A stretch of DNA of 63,187 bases, counting the filler, from Octopus bimaculoides (lineage: Eukaryota), in assembly GCF_001194135.2 (NCBI RefSeq). It is 5 parts of 5 records of this genome, joined end to end, with 100 filler letters (N's around TTAATTAATTAA, not from the genome) between each part and the next. Parts side by side here need not be neighbours in the genome. Positions count along the whole stretch, not along the records: positions 5,372 to 32,118 come from NC_069000.1; 4 more parts are not named here. The stretch is one strand, 5' to 3'. Below the pieces are notes generated by a model. It did not search any database. It had not been told where the DNA came from and worked only from the letters and a program-made list of their open reading frames with translations. Below, in pieces: positions 12,482 through 26,135 of this stretch; the first letter of the stretch is position 1; each line of letters begins with the position of its first letter. The position numbers and the translations under genes are program-made.

Positions 12482-13089
12482 NNNNNNNNNNNNNNNNNNN
12501 NNNNNNNNNNNNNNNNNNNNNNNNNNNNNNNNNNNNNNNNNNNNNNNNNNNNNNNNNNNNNNNNNNNNNNNNNNNNNNNNNNNNNNNNNNNNNNNNNNNN
12601 NNNNNNNNNNNNNNNNNNNNNNNNNNNNNNNNNNNNNNNNNNNNNNNNNNNNNNNNNNNNNNNNNNNNNNNNNNNNNNNNNNNNNNNNNNNNNNNNNNNN
12701 NNNNNNNNNNNNNNNNNNNNNNNNNNNNNNNNNNNNNNNNNNNNNNNNNNNNNNNNNNNNNNNNNNNNNNNNNNNNNNNNNNNNNNNNNNNNNNNNNNNN
12801 NNNNNNNNNNNNNNNNNNNNNNNNNNNNNNNNNNNNNNNNNNNNNNNNNNNNNNNNNNNNNNNNNNNNNNNNNNNNNNNNNNNNNNNNNNNNNNNNNNNN
12901 NNNNNNNNNNNNNNNNNNNNNNNNNNNNNNNNNNNNNNNNNNNNNNNNNNNNNNNNNNNNNNNNNNNNNNNNNNNNNNNNNNNNNNNNNNNNNNNNNNNN
13001 NNNNNNNNTTCAGCTTCAATAAAACACTATTTTTTACTCTATATTTTATATTCGAGCACTACTTCCTTCACTTTGCAACTAACATGTGT

Positions 13090-13143
<54 letters not shown>

Positions 13144-13887
13144 GAATATATGTATGCCTGTATGCATGTATCTATTTATCTATCTATCTATTTATCTATC
13201 TATCTGTCTGTCTATTTATGTATTTATCTTTATATATAAATTTATATAAATAAGGATCCGATTGTTATTTAAAATACCAATCATATCAAGTGGCCAGCAT
13301 GGGAATAAAAAAACCTCATAAGTAATAATTATTATCTAAATTATAATTAAGGGTATCTAAAAGATACCACCATGCTAGAGATAGCAGTCAAAATTTGACT
13401 CTAAAACCACATAATGTATTCATACAGCCCCAGGAGAATATATACATACACACACAGACACATGCACACTCACACATACACGCACACAGACCTACATAGT
13501 CTACAGTGTCCTTTCATCAATTAAGGCGGTAGAGTATAATTTAAGGGAAATTTGGCTGCTATTTCTAATAGGACGGGTGACGGTGCTCAATCTTTTTTTT
13601 TAAAGGGAAAGTGAAATTGGTTGTTGTAGTTGTTGCAGTCGGTGTTTAGTTCCACATCGACTGTGATCGAATATAACGTTTGATAAAAAGTATTTTATTC
13701 GTATATATCTCTTCAGTAGTTCATGTATATCCATAAAAAGAAGCACATCCTAAAATAGAACAGTAATATATCTTTTAGGAAAGAAAAGACTTATGGCCGG
13801 TCATAGAGTGACCAATCGTTTTACACCTATATAGCGCTTAGCAATATACGTGATTCGTCGGACTCAAATGGCTGAATGCACATAACC

Positions 13888-13934
13888 TCTCTACAACTGA
13901 AGAAAGAAGTGCGAAAGTGTCGGTTTTGTAAAGG
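13888..13934 (+). ncRNA. Degenerate type I hammerhead-ribozyme-like motif
   Basis: Stem I TCTCTACAA/TTGTAAAGG flanks CTGAAGA...GAAA...TT; stems II and III are decayed. Confidence 0.4.
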
Positions 13935-14206
13935 AAAAATCAATATCAGCGCTGCAGGCGGGACGAGGTTATCCCCCTTACGTCGACTCTGGCCTTGGTG
14001 ACTATTCAACGAATAGGGTATTCCAAGTCTGAAGTAGAAAACGAGGGCGTTGACTGAATAGTTCTCTCCTGGATTTGAAAATGGTCCCTGTGTCAAGCGA
14101 GATTTTTAGGATTCTTGCCATTTCTGCCAAGCAGAGCTTATATCGGTTGTTGCTGTTTATATAAGTCCCCTGCTTATATATACATACATGCACACACACA
14201 AACACA

Positions 14207-14290
<84 letters not shown>

Positions 14291-14756
14291 TATGCATACA
14301 TACAGTTTCCGTCTACCAAATGCACTCACAAAAGCTTTGGTCAGCCAGAAGCTATGGCAGNNNNNNNNNNNNNNNNNNNNNNNNNNNNNNNNNNNNNNNN
14401 NNNNNNNNNNNNNNNNNNNNNNNNNNNNNNNNNNNNNNNNNNNNNNNNNNNNNNNNNNNNNNNNNNNNNNNNNNNNNNNNNNNNNNNNNNNNNNNNNNNN
14501 NNNNNNNNNNNNNNNNNNNNNNNNNNNNNNNNNNNNNNNNNNNNNNNNNNNNNNNNNNNNNNNNNNNNNNNNNNNNNNNNNNNNNNNNNNNNNNNNNNNN
14601 NNNNNNNNNNNNNNNNNNNNNNNNNNNNNNNNNNNNNNNNNNNNNNNNNNNNNNNNNNNNNNNNNNNNNNNNNNNNNNNNNNNNNNNNNNNNNNNNNNNN
14701 NNNNNNNNNNNNNNNNNNNNNNNNNNNNNNNNTATATATATATATATATATATATA

Positions 14757-14910
14757 TGGTGGTTGAGGTGGTTGCACTCATGATTGCGAGATCGTGGGTT
14801 CGATTCCCAGACTGGGCGTTGCGTTGTGTTCTTGAGCAAAGCGCTTCATTTCACGTTGCTCTGTGATCATTTCGACATCTGACATGTGGCACCCGTTGCA
14901 CCTGTACAGA
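14757..14910 (+). mobile_element. tRNA-derived SINE with B box
   Basis: GGGTTCGATTCC B box followed by the TGTGTTCTTGAGCAA central block; related to the family at 7430-7705. Confidence 0.7.
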
Positions 14911-15650
14911 GAGACAGACAGACAGAAAGATAGATAGATAGATAAATAGATAAGTAGGGAGGTAGGTAGGTAGGTAGGTAGTAAATTAGCATAAAATCAT
15001 GTGGTAATTACAAGATACGCCGTGCTCGGGTCGAATAAAATATTGTAGATGGGGCATGGAAGCAGTGTTGCTGGTAGACAAATGTTTACGTCCTTTCAAA
15101 TGAGAAATATTACCCCTGTACAAAGGTTGTATTCACTGTCGTTTGTCGTTGAGAAGAATTCCTGCTTTATGCAATAGGTTTCAATAAATAGCAAATCCAT
15201 TTCAAAGCGCCCTCTGTCGGAAACGGTGAATCCATGTCTCGTTTCTTGGCTATCATAAGTATCGTGTATCGCAAGGGAAACAAACCTGAAATACATGTGG
15301 AAACCTTCGTTCTCTTAAAGCAAACCAGTGTCACAACATGAGCTTGTTAAGTGAAAAGGAATGCGGTTTCCAAATAGGGTACCGACGTCGTCGAAAGACT
15401 GACTGATAGCTTGCTTTGGACGGAACAGTTGCCGCACCCTATGGCATCAGCATGGTAATACTTAAGGTTTGGCGATGTGGTGCCTTGTTACAAAACCTTC
15501 AAGAGGAAAATTGCGAGACAGGGTACCTACGATGGGAATCTCCACGTTACATTACTTTTGAGAGTTAGCGCAGTTTGCAGAACCGTTTGGGGGATTGTGT
15601 TGGAATTTACTTCGAGTAAATGTTGTTGGATGGTATCTTTTAACTTTTAT

Positions 15651-15892
15651 CAAAGTAATGAAAATTGTAAGAAATAATACAAGTCAACGTTTTCTACTGT
15701 TATCTTGTATTTCAATATTCCGGACCCCTTCAGTAGTGTTCGTATATACAATAGAAAATGGGGGAGTCGAGTCATAAATGCTATTTCTCTAAAGATTTCC
15801 TGAAGAAGAGCTTCTAGCCCCAAAATATCAACATACAGGACAAAAGTACAAACCATCGTCTTGTATTATTTCTTATAATTTGCATTACTTTG
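15651..15892. repeat. Degenerate inverted repeat (arms about 15651-15732 and 15800-15892)
   Basis: CAAAGTAATGAAAATTGTAAGAAATAATACAAG... matches the reverse complement of ...CTTGTATTATTTCTTATAATTTGCATTACTTTG. Confidence 0.8.
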
Positions 15893-16249
15893 GTTCTATA
15901 AAGAAAATTATAGACGTATATCAAACAACGCTGCTTCATGCAAATTATACTTGTATATATGTATATATATGTATACTTGTATATATGTATATATGTATAT
16001 ATGTATATATGTATGTGTGTGGATGTATGTATATACACACGCAATAATAAATAGGAGGAAATTATTCAGTTTCCTTATGCGACCAAATTGAAGAAATGAA
16101 ATTATATCCTGATTGTTATTAATAACTAACGAATATAATTAAGGACTATAATATGTTTAAGAAATACTGAATAATAAATACAATGAAGGAGAACCGGATA
16201 TTCAAAATATTGAACATTTATCATTTTTTATTGTTGATACGATAATAAT

Positions 16250-16675
<426 letters not shown>

Positions 16676-16924
16676 TTTTATTGAGAATTTTTTTTCATAA
16701 GCAAAAGATTATTTAATAATCGTTTTTTTTTTTTTAGTATTGTTTAAAATAATCACCTATTGACGATTAATAAATACTGTTAATTAAATACAAATTCTTT
16801 CATTGAGTTCATAACTATCGATTTTTAACTATATTAGCACATGATCATCATGTGAATATATTGATTGTTACATTTTACCAATAACAACTGAGGAATTACG
16901 TCAGGATAAGAACGAAGTTACATA

Positions 16925-17110
16925 TTCTTCTATTCTTTTATTTGTTTCTGTCATTTGACTGCGGCCGTGCTGGAGCACCGCCTTGAACAATTCGACCACG
17001 AGACTTATTTCTTAAGCTTAATCTTAATACTTATTCTATCGGTCTCTTTTGCCGAACCGCACACGAGGACTTAAGCACACCAACTCCGTTTGCCAAGCAG
17101 TGATGGGGAA
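16925..17110 (-). mobile_element. Dominant SINE, 3' half
   Basis: TTTGACTGCGGCCGTGCTGGAGCACCGCC...TACTTATTCTATCGGTCTCTTTTGCCGAACCGC. Confidence 0.85.
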
Positions 17111-17156
17111 TAAGCACAGACACAAAGTACTCGTGTATATCTATTTATCTATATTG

Positions 17157-17187
<31 letters not shown>

Positions 17188-17251
17188 TCTATTTGTATAT
17201 CTATCTATCTATCTATCTATCTGTATATCTATATGTTCATATATATGTGTG

Positions 17252-17283
<32 letters not shown>

Positions 17284-18512
17284 CATGCATGTATATAATT
17301 GTGTGTCTATGTTTATCCTCCCACCGTCGCTTGACAGACGATGTCAGTGTGTTAACTTAGCGGTTCGGCAAAAAAAGTCCGATAGAAAAACTGACTGATT
17401 GAACGGCTGAATCGTTAACCAAACAACTGATTTGTTAATTGATTAAATATAAACTAATTGACTAATAATAATACTAGAAGACATGAAATAGAACCAGCGT
17501 ATGTATTCACTATTGGTATAATGACCCTCCCGATATACAGCAAAATCTGTTTCAGCACACAAGTTCACATCAAGAGTCTTGTAAACCAAATACCGAAACG
17601 AAACACGCGCACGCGAACGAGCAGGGGGGTGAAATGAAGGACAGAGAGAAATAGATGGATAGGAATGTTTATGAACCAGACTCCTTATGACAGTGCTACC
17701 ACTAGTTATTTATATTCGAGAGCAATGCTCACTTACACATATATTCACTGTAAGCTCCAATTCCACAACACTTTCAAAGCAGTTATGTGATAATCTGGAG
17801 CTGTTTTCCGAAGTTATTTCTCTGTATATCGTCTCCCATTGTCCATTTTATTAACCGTTTGTTTTTTTTTTACTCTCTATAATATAATCGAAGCTTATTT
17901 TCCTAATCTCTGATATATTTTGCATTCAGCGCTCGTATCTATTGCATAATCATTGGTTGGTTCAATAATTGTCCAATATCCGCTTTTTCATTTCGCCATT
18001 CATATCCTGTTTTCCTAAATTTCTTGATGGTTAAAATTCATAAATATTTATTCTGTATCCAAACTTGCTCAAGCTATTTTTTTTATATACTCATTGGTTC
18101 TTCTGTATTGTCAATAACCAGCTTTACTGTTTGTCTATATATCTTTTACCATATTATTTTATTCTCAATACTGTTTTACTGGAATATTTTAAACTTTATA
18201 TTGTTTCCCAGTAGATATTTCAGCAATCGCCTTCTTTCTGTATGTCTTATGCAAAATTGCTTCCTGTTTTCAAGCTGTTACATGTTTTGCTACCGCTCTA
18301 TATTTGTTTATCATTAGTCGGCACAGTAATTGTTTCATAATTTGATTCTTGGTTACCATTTTTATGCCAAGCTTCATTAGATTTCTCTTTGTGGCTGCAT
18401 CACAAATATTAATCTTCTCTAACGTCCTCCAACCAGTGTTTTTTTTTTATACGTATTCATTAAGGATTATGCTTTTATATACATATGTACATATATTTTT
18501 ATATACATACTT

Positions 18513-18860
18513 AGGCGCAGGAGTGGCTGTGTGGTAAGTAGCTTGCTTCCCAACCACATAATTCCAGGTTCAGTCCCACTGCATGGCACCTTGGGCAAGT
18601 GTCTTCTACTATAGCTTCGGGCCGACCAAAGCCTTGTGAATGTATGTGTGTGTGTATGTTTGTCCCCAACCATAGCTTGACAACCGATGTTGATGTGTTT
18701 ACGTCCCCGTAACCTAGCGGTTCGGCACAAGGAACCGATAGAGTAAATACTAAGCTTCTAAAGAATAAGTCCTGGGGTCAATTTGCTCGATTAAAGGCGT
18801 GCTTCAGCATGGCCGCAGTTAAATGAGTGAAACAAGTAAAAGAAGAAAAGAATAAAAGAA
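18513..18860 (+). mobile_element. Full-length dominant tRNA-derived SINE
   Basis: Head GGCGCAGGAGTGGCTGTGTGGTAAG...GGTTCAGTCCC, internal (TG)n, TAGCGGTTCGGCA block, tail GTGCTTCAGCATGGCCGCAGTTAAATGAGTGAAACAAGTAAAAGA. Confidence 0.9.
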
Positions 18861-18878
18861 TACATATTTGTGCGTGTG

Positions 18879-18923
<45 letters not shown>

Positions 18924-20124
18924 NNNNNNNNNNNNNNNNNNNNNNNNNNNNNNNNNNNNNNNNNNNNNNNNNNNNNNNNNNNNNNNNNNNNNNNNNNNNN
19001 NNNNNNNNNNNNNNNNNNNNNNNNNNNNNNNNNNNNNNNNNNNNNNNNNNNNNNNNNNNNNNNNNNNNNNNNNNNNNNNNNNNNNNNNNNNNNNNNNNNN
19101 NNNNNNNNNNNNNNNNNNNNNNNNNNNNNNNNNNNNNNNNNNNNNNNNNNNNNNNNNNNNNNNNNNNNNNNNNNNNNNNNNNNNNNNNNNNNNNNNNNNN
19201 NNNNNNNNNNNNNNNNNNNNNNNNNNNNNNNNNNNNNNNNNNNNNNNNNNNNNNNNNNNNNNNNNNNNNNNNNNNNNNNNNNNNNNNNNNNNNNNNNNNN
19301 NNNNNNNNNNNNNNNNNNNNNNNNNNNNNNNNNNNNNNNNNNNNNNNNNNNNNNNNNNNNNNNNNNNNNNNNNNNNNNNNNNNNNNNNNNNNNNNNNNNN
19401 NNNNNNNNNNNNNNNNNNNNNNNNNNNNNNNNNNNNNNNNNNNNNNNNNNNNNNNNNNNNNNNNNNNNNNNNNNNNNNNNNNNNNNNNNNNNNNNNNNNN
19501 NNNNNNNNNNNNNNNNNNNNNNNNNNNNNNNNNNNNNNNNNNNNNNNNNNNNNNNNNNNNNNNNNNNNNNNNNNNNNNNNNNNNNNNNNNNNNNNNNNNN
19601 NNNNNNNNNNNNNNNNNNNNNNNNNNNNNNNNNNNNNNNNNNNNNNNNNNNNNNNNNNNNNNNNNNNNNNNNNNNNNNNNNNNNNNNNNNNNNNNNNNNN
19701 NNNNNNNNNNNNNNNNNNNNNNNNNNNNNNNNNNNNNNNNNNNNNNNNNNNNNNNNNNNNNNNNNNNNNNNNNNNNNNNNNNNNNNNNNNNNNNNNNNNN
19801 NNNNNNNNNNNNNNNNNNNNNNNNNNNNNNNNNNNNNNNNNNNNNNNNNNNNNNNNNNNNNNNNNNNNNNNNNNNNNNNNNNNNNNNNNNNNNNNNNNNN
19901 NGTACACATATCTATACATGTATATATATACATATATATATGTATGCATATATGTACACATATCTATACATGTATATATATACATATATATATATGCATA
20001 TGTATATATATATATATATATGTATATATCTACAATATATACATAATATAAACACAAACCCAACCTACATAAAACAACATACTCATATATATATGCATGT
20101 ATGTATATATATATATATATATAT

Positions 20125-20183
<59 letters not shown>

Positions 20184-20488
20184 TAGATATAGATATATAT
20201 GTGTGTGTGTGTGTGTGTGTGTACTGTTTGTTATATATGTTAACGCCCAGTGTAGGCAAGGGACATCACTCTGTATGCACAATAGGAAAGAAATTTCTGG
20301 ATATTTATGGAAAGTATGATGAAAGATATGAGTCATTGGTATTTTATATGTGTGCTCACACACATATACACGCAACCACGCCCACGCACACGAAATCACA
20401 CGCACTCACAGATATGCAACACACATACGTATATCCGTTTAGATACCAATGCATACACACACAAACACACACACATATATGTGTGTGT

Positions 20489-20551
<63 letters not shown>

Positions 20552-21194
20552 NNNNNNNNNNNNNNNNNNNNNNNNNNNNNNNNNNNNNNNNNNNNNNNNN
20601 NNNNNNNNNNNNNNNNNNNNNNNNNNNNNNNNNNNNNNNNNNNNNNNNNNNNNNNNNNNNNNNNNNNNNNNNNNNNNNNNNNNNNNNNNNNNNNNNNNNN
20701 NNNNNNNNNNNNNNNNNNNNNNNNNNNNNNNNNNNNNNNNNNNNNNNNNNNNNNNNNNNNNNNNNNNNNNNNNNNNNNNNNNNNNNNNNNNNNNNNNNNN
20801 NNNNNNNNNNNNNNNNNNNNNNNNNNNNNNNNNNNNNNNNNNNNNNNNNNNNNNNNNNNNNNNNNNNNNNNNNNNNNNNNNNNNNNNNNNNNNNNNNNNN
20901 NNNNNNNNNNNNNNNNNNNNNNNNNNNNNNNNNNNNNNNNNNNNNNNNNNNNNNNNNNNNNNNNNNNNNNNNNNNNNNNNNNNNNNNNNNNNNNNNNNNN
21001 NNNNNNNNNNNNNNNNNNNNNNNNNNNNNNNNNNNNNNNNNNNNNNNNNNNNNNNNNNNNNNNNNNNNNNNNNNNNNNNNNNNNNNNNNNNNNNNNNNNN
21101 NNNNNNNNNNNNNNNNNNNNNNNNNNNNNNNNNNNNNNNNNNNNNNNNNNNNNNNNNNNNNNNNNNNNNNNNNNNNNNNNNNNNNNNNNNNNNN

Positions 21195-21229
<35 letters not shown>

Positions 21230-21271
21230 GAGAGAGAGATATAGATAGACTCATATATGTATATATGTATA

Positions 21272-21332
<61 letters not shown>

Positions 21333-21350
21333 ATGTCTATATATATATAT

Positions 21351-21385
<35 letters not shown>

Positions 21386-21467
21386 TGTATATTATACGTA
21401 GTATATTATATAAACGTATGTCAAGTGTACTCCATTGCTTCGTATGCATAGATATACAGATGTATAC

Positions 21468-21515
<48 letters not shown>

Positions 21516-22859
21516 TTGTGCGTGTGAATGGTTGTGTGTGGTTGTGCGTGTGAATGGTTGTGTGTGTGTGAGTGTGGGTTTGAATGTGGGTGACTATATA
21601 TATATATATATTTGTGTATGGTAGCGAGGGAGAATAAAATCTAGATCTGAACGGTCTGTCAGGGGCTGAACAGAGAGATTATTCTGATATCCCGGGAAAC
21701 GCCCAGATGTCAACTAAGTAATGTAACTCTGATTGCTCGTTAAATGAGAACCGCTTTTGTTGGAGCCCTCGAATGCGTGAGGGCACATCTGCATACACAT
21801 AGCCGCTCCTGTATAAAAGTGGGGAATGGTTTGCGGTCAGTGTACTTTGAAGCTTATGGTGTAGTTGAGGTTTATGCTAAGTTAGACGTAGACAAAATGG
21901 AGTCTTGCCAACTGAAATAAGCTTAGCGAAAGGAAAATAAATTAGCCGAATAATAACAGTTTGTACGTAGAAGATTGTGTGTGAGTGTCTGCGTGTGCTT
22001 GTGTATGTTTTACGTACATATATACACGCACACATACAAACATACATTCATACATATATATATATATATATANNNNNNNNNNNNNNNNNNNNNNNNNNNN
22101 NNNNNNNNNNNNNNNNNNNNNNNNNNNNNNNNNNNNNNNNNNNNNNNNNNNNNNNNNNNNNNNNNNNNNNNNNNNNNNNNNNNNNNNNNNNNNNNNNNNN
22201 NNNNNNNNNNNNNNNNNNNNNNNNNNNNNNNNNNNNNNNNNNNNNNNNNNNNNNNNNNNNNNNNNNNNNNNNNNNNNNNNNNNNNNNNNNNNNNNNNNNN
22301 NNNNNNNNNNNNNNNNNNNNNNNNNNNNNNNNNNNNNNNNNNNNNNNNNNNNNNNNNNNNNNNNNNNNNNNNNNNNNNNNNNNNNNNNNNNNNNNNNNNN
22401 NNNNNNNNNNNNNNNNNNNNNNNNNNNNNNNNNNNNNNNNNNNNNNNNNNNNNNNNNNNNNNNNNNNNNNNNNNNNNNNNNNNNNNNNNNNNNNNNNNNN
22501 NNNNNNNNNNNNNNNNNNNNNNNNNNNNNNNNNNNNNNNNNNNNNNNNNNNNNNNNNNNNNNNNNNNNNNNNNNNNNNNNNNNNNNNNNNNNNNNNNNNN
22601 NNNNNNNNNNNNNNNNNNNNNNNNNNNNNNNNNNNNNNNNNNNNNNNNNNNNNNNNNNNNNNNNNNNNNNNNNNNNNNNNNNNNNNNNNNNNNNNNNNNN
22701 NNNNNNNNNNNNTATATATATACACACACATATCAAAATATTTATATACGTGACCAGCCGCATGTATGTATATCCTTGGTTTCTATTTTTATCGAGCAGT
22801 TGACTTTCTCGTCATAATTAGTCGGTGAGGAGGGGGAATGGGGAAGAGGTGGTGAAGAA

Positions 22860-22892
<33 letters not shown>

Positions 22893-22969
22893 CAGGAGGA
22901 GGATGAGGGACAGCGCCCATTTTCGGTGGTTCTTTTGAAGCTGATGAGATTGACAGGGATTTATCTACA

Positions 22970-23220
22970 GATTAAGTTACTCCTCCGTAGCCAGCCGACG
23001 TCTTCAGGAAAAACAACAGAGGCAGGAAGTGAATTCCAGAGTATTCGTTGCATCCCTGGAGAGAATTGATTACATAATGGTATTTTTGGTGTGATCTGCT
23101 GTGCTTAAGACAAAGGAGTGGTGAGATGACGTGGCTCTCAATAAATAGATCTAAGAAAAGAAGAAACGAGTACGAGTCTCCTGGCCATCCCTGGAGGTAG
23201 TGCTTCGGCTGTTCGCTCAG
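22970..23220 (-). pseudogene. CR1/L2-type LINE ORF2 3' remnant
   Basis: Minus frame reads NQFSPGMQRILWNSLPASVVFPED, the LWNSLP motif of CR1/L2/Jockey-group RT C-termini; frameshifted upstream. Confidence 0.6.
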
Positions 23221-23543
23221 TGTAGAGATTATGTTTCTTCTCTTTTCTTTTCTGTTTTTTTTTTTATCATATATTGATAATCCATCCAACGGCCTTCCAT
23301 ACAATTCTCCTGTTGTCGTGTGTATCCCGCTGATTCTTTTGTTTACAGTTGGCGATATCACGATGTATATATCTATAAATCTGTGAGTGTTTGTGTGCTG
23401 TGTGTGTGTGTGTGTGTCGTGTGCGTGTGTCTGTGTGTGTTTGTGTGTGTTTGAGTGTGAATATGTTTGTGTGTATTATTAGTAGCAATCGACAGAAGTT
23501 ACTGAATAATTATATAATTATGGATACGTATCTGTAAGTATGC

Positions 23544-23585
<42 letters not shown>

Positions 23586-23647
23586 GCCATGATAGATCGC
23601 TGACCACTACATTTATATTTTTTTTCTCCTTGTTTCTTTCTGTGTTC

Positions 23648-23683
23648 CTTTCAGTTGAAGAGCGTAGGTTCGAAACGTCAAAG
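23648..23683 (+). ncRNA. Minimal hammerhead-ribozyme-like motif with a variant core
   Basis: CTTT-CAGTTGA-A-GAG(cgtagg)TTC-GAAA-CG-TC-AAAG has stem I, stem II, a palindromic ACGT stem III and a GUC site; the core deviates from CUGANGA at 2 positions. Confidence 0.45.
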
Positions 23684-23931
23684 ACTTTCTCTATTCCCGA
23701 GCGTTAAACTAATACATCCATTTGTTGTTTACACCACCTGTCTTCGTCTGTTGTTTTTTNNNNNNNNNNNNNNNNNNNNNNNNNNNNNNNNNNNNNNNNN
23801 NNNNNNNNNNNNNNNNNNNNNNNNNNNNNNNNNNNNNNNNNNNNNNNNNNNNNNNNNNNNNNNNNNNNNNNNNNNNNNNNNNNNNNNNNNNNNNNNNNNN
23901 NNNNNNNNNNNNNNNNNNNNNNNNNNNNNNN

Positions 23932-23981
<50 letters not shown>

Positions 23982-25684
23982 AAATGATATATGAGCATAT
24001 GCATGTATACATACATATATATACATCTACATGTATATATAGATGCATATCCGGGTACAGGACGTCAAAAAACGTGGACAAAAAAAGGAACGGGAACATA
24101 AACAAAGCACAAAAATCGGACTATTTTTACGGACAACAGAATGAATACCTAGGAAAACAGAGAAGCCATTTAAGTTGTGTTGCTAATTCACCGACCAAGT
24201 TGTGTTGCTTAATTCGTCCTTAGTCGAAAGACATCGGTTCTTACGTCCCGTTATTATTCCTACTGTATTTGTGTAACATTGTTCGTTTCTGTTTTTTCGT
24301 CCTTGTTTTTGTATACATTCGCTGCTATCTTCCAAGGAATCTAATGCTCTTAGCTTAGTCTTTCCTTGGGACTGGCCAGATTGGAGCAATATCGAGAATA
24401 ACTAGCCGAATAACCAGCCGAAGTCTCGACGGTGTGTTATGGATTATTATAGTAATATACATTGTTGACAATGAAAGAAAGAAAATGGAGAATTATGGAT
24501 GTATGAATAATATATTGTATAATATAATGAGTTTGAAATTTTTTTTATAAAAACAATACAAATAAATTATAAATTATAAAGCTCTGAAAGAAATGACAGA
24601 TGACAAAAACGTGCATATATTTTTCGATTCTTGCCTCTAGGGGATTCATAATTCTAAGCATTTGGGTAGGGGTCATATGCTAAGAATTTGTCGTCATTTT
24701 CAACTATATGGGGCGGAATCTCATCAGGGCTTTATGAGTTTATACTACAAAGGATGTAAACGAATTATATATACATACATACGCTAATTCAACGACTAAG
24801 TTGTGTTGCTTAATTAATCGTATAACTTAATTACGCGCGCATGATTGATATCGACGATGGTTCATTGAATTGTCGTCATGTTAATGATCGTTAAACTCTT
24901 TATTGTTTTAGAATGAATATCTTGAACGGTAGACGATTATAGCTTACTGGCATGTATTGACCACCGAGTCTTTGCCAGGCATCTAGATCACGTTTAGCTG
25001 GATGTAGTCCAACACCTTATGCGTAAATAGCTACTAAATCCGTCTCAAACGTGTGTCCTGTGTACAATTTCGGGTTTTAATCGAGCCTTGTAGGGCTCTG
25101 CACTTAACGACGGAGGAAGTTGTCGTAGCACACTACTTAATACTGAACATGTACTTTAATTCCGACCTTATTTGAGCTCTGAAGTCGCTTATATCAATGA
25201 TCAAGTTTGAAAAGTTTTGATATCCCAACAGAAGAAGTCTTCTCTTTGGTCGTTTTTGTTTTTGTTTGCAATGTTATATTTCAGAAATTACCATGGTTGA
25301 TTGTTTGAGGATTGCAGGGTCTTTATTGAATTAAGAAGGCAAACTTGACACTACAAAATTATAATTCGTTTCTTTTTTTTTTTTTTTGTTTTTTGAGGGT
25401 TTTAAAAAAATGTTGTTGTTTTTGTTTTGTTTGTATTATTTGTCTCCAAAGAGGCAACTGGTTCTAAATGCTGAGCAGAGCGTGACTTCCTCTTAATGAT
25501 TCACGCAGTGTTCTTCGTTTGAACTGTTTGTACTCTTGCTGGTAGCTACAGCAGAGCAACAACATAGGGTGCGTGGGTTATAGGCTTCGGTTATGTGAGG
25601 AAACCAGGCTGAATAAAACAAACACGGAATTTAGTATTCCGTTTCGCTCTCTCTCTCTCTCTGCATTAAAACCACATTTGTTAT

Positions 25685-26135
25685 AGGAGTGTCTCTGTGG
25701 TAAGTAGCTTGCTTACCAGCCACATGGTTCCGGGTTCATTGCCACTGCGTGGCACCTTGGGCAAGTGTCTTCTACTATAGCCTCGGGCCGACCAAAGCTT
25801 TGTGAGTGGATTTGGTAGACGGAAACTGAAAGAAGCCTGTCGTATGGATATATATATATATATATGTGTGGGGGGGTGTATGTATGTATGTGTGTGTGTG
25901 TTTGTGTGTCTGTTTTTTTGTCCNNNNNNNNNNCCCCCCCAACATCGCTTGACAACCAATGGTGGTGTGTTTACGTCCCCATAACTTAGCGGTTCGGCAA
26001 AAGAGACCGATAGAATAAGTACTAGGCTTACAAAGAATAAGTCCTGGGGTCGATTTGCTCGACTAAAAGGCGGTGCCCCAGCATGGCCGCAGTCAAATGA
26101 CTGAAACAAGTAAAAGAGTAAAAGAGTAAAAGAGT
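25685..26135 (+). mobile_element. Full-length dominant SINE with internal microsatellite and a GTAAAAGA-repeat tail
   Basis: Collinear with 18513-18860; tail GGCGGTGCCCCAGCATGGCCGCAGTCAAATGACTGAAACAA followed by GTAAAAGA repeats. Confidence 0.92.

Noticed and set aside
17900-18450. Possible minus-strand LINE remnant
   Set aside because: Purine-rich coding-like texture but no diagnostic motif recovered
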